A stretch of DNA of 42,587 bases, from NCBI GenBank assembly GCA_001779595.1, contig MFKO01000008.1, positions 5,618-48,204 of the forward strand. Direction: 5' to 3'. The stretch comes from Candidatus Kaiserbacteria bacterium RIFCSPHIGHO2_01_FULL_46_22. GTDB taxonomy: Bacteria > Patescibacteriota > Minisyncoccia > Phycocordibacterales > UBA918. Every line of letters starts with the position of its first letter. Positions within the stretch are counted from its first letter, which is position 1. The notes beneath the pieces are model-generated. The model was not told where the DNA came from. It searched no databases and saw nothing but the letters and a program-made list of their open reading frames with translations. Of the stretch, positions 42,554 to 42,587 are shown one piece after another. The position numbers and the translations under genes are program-made.

Positions 42554-42587
42554 GACTAGTTACAAAGTTGCATCGTTGCATTACAAA

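Noticed and set aside
1-42587. Genetic code 25 (TGA read as Gly)
   Set aside because: recG, ECF sigma, nirK and the dehydrogenase end at TGA at expected lengths, and the conserved genes are uninterrupted in code 11.

Overview
A 42.6-kb chromosomal window that looks like Patescibacteria (CPR), most likely Parcubacteria. This is inferred from the missing rpmD/L30 between S5 and L15, PilM/PilN/ComF/pilin genes, stand-alone SWIB and SET proteins, mostly leaderless genes, and code 11 with TGA as stop. Housekeeping content: rpsN-rpsH-rplF-rplR-rpsE-rplO-secY, adk, map, ndk, cmk, infC-rpmI-rplT, ftsH, smpB, tmRNA, recG, gdhA, malic enzyme and three tRNAs, two with rare anticodons (Ser-ACT, Ile-TAT). 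Accessory content: four de novo pyrimidine genes (pyrD, pyrC, pyrF, pyrE-like), an ArsR-nirK unit, two DUF305 proteins, an ECF sigma/anti-sigma pair and several orphan ORFs with strong SD sites. The most striking signals are non-coding: (1) a leader upstream of rpsN that closely mimics the 16S helix-21 S8-binding site and has a 7-bp loop-loop match; (2) two mini-ORF cassettes between smpB and tmRNA, each bracketed by its own ~20-bp inverted repeat and ending in a shared GGCGGAC hairpin; (3) mirror elements that copy and antisense the 3' ends of tmRNA and tRNA-Ser; (4) two related long hairpins that overlap stop codons and fold best on the antisense strand; (5) a leader-peptide attenuator-like unit; (6) an H-type pseudoknot upstream of pyrE. 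No integrase, transposase, reverse transcriptase or CRISPR array was seen. All family calls come from motif recognition by eye, not from database searches.
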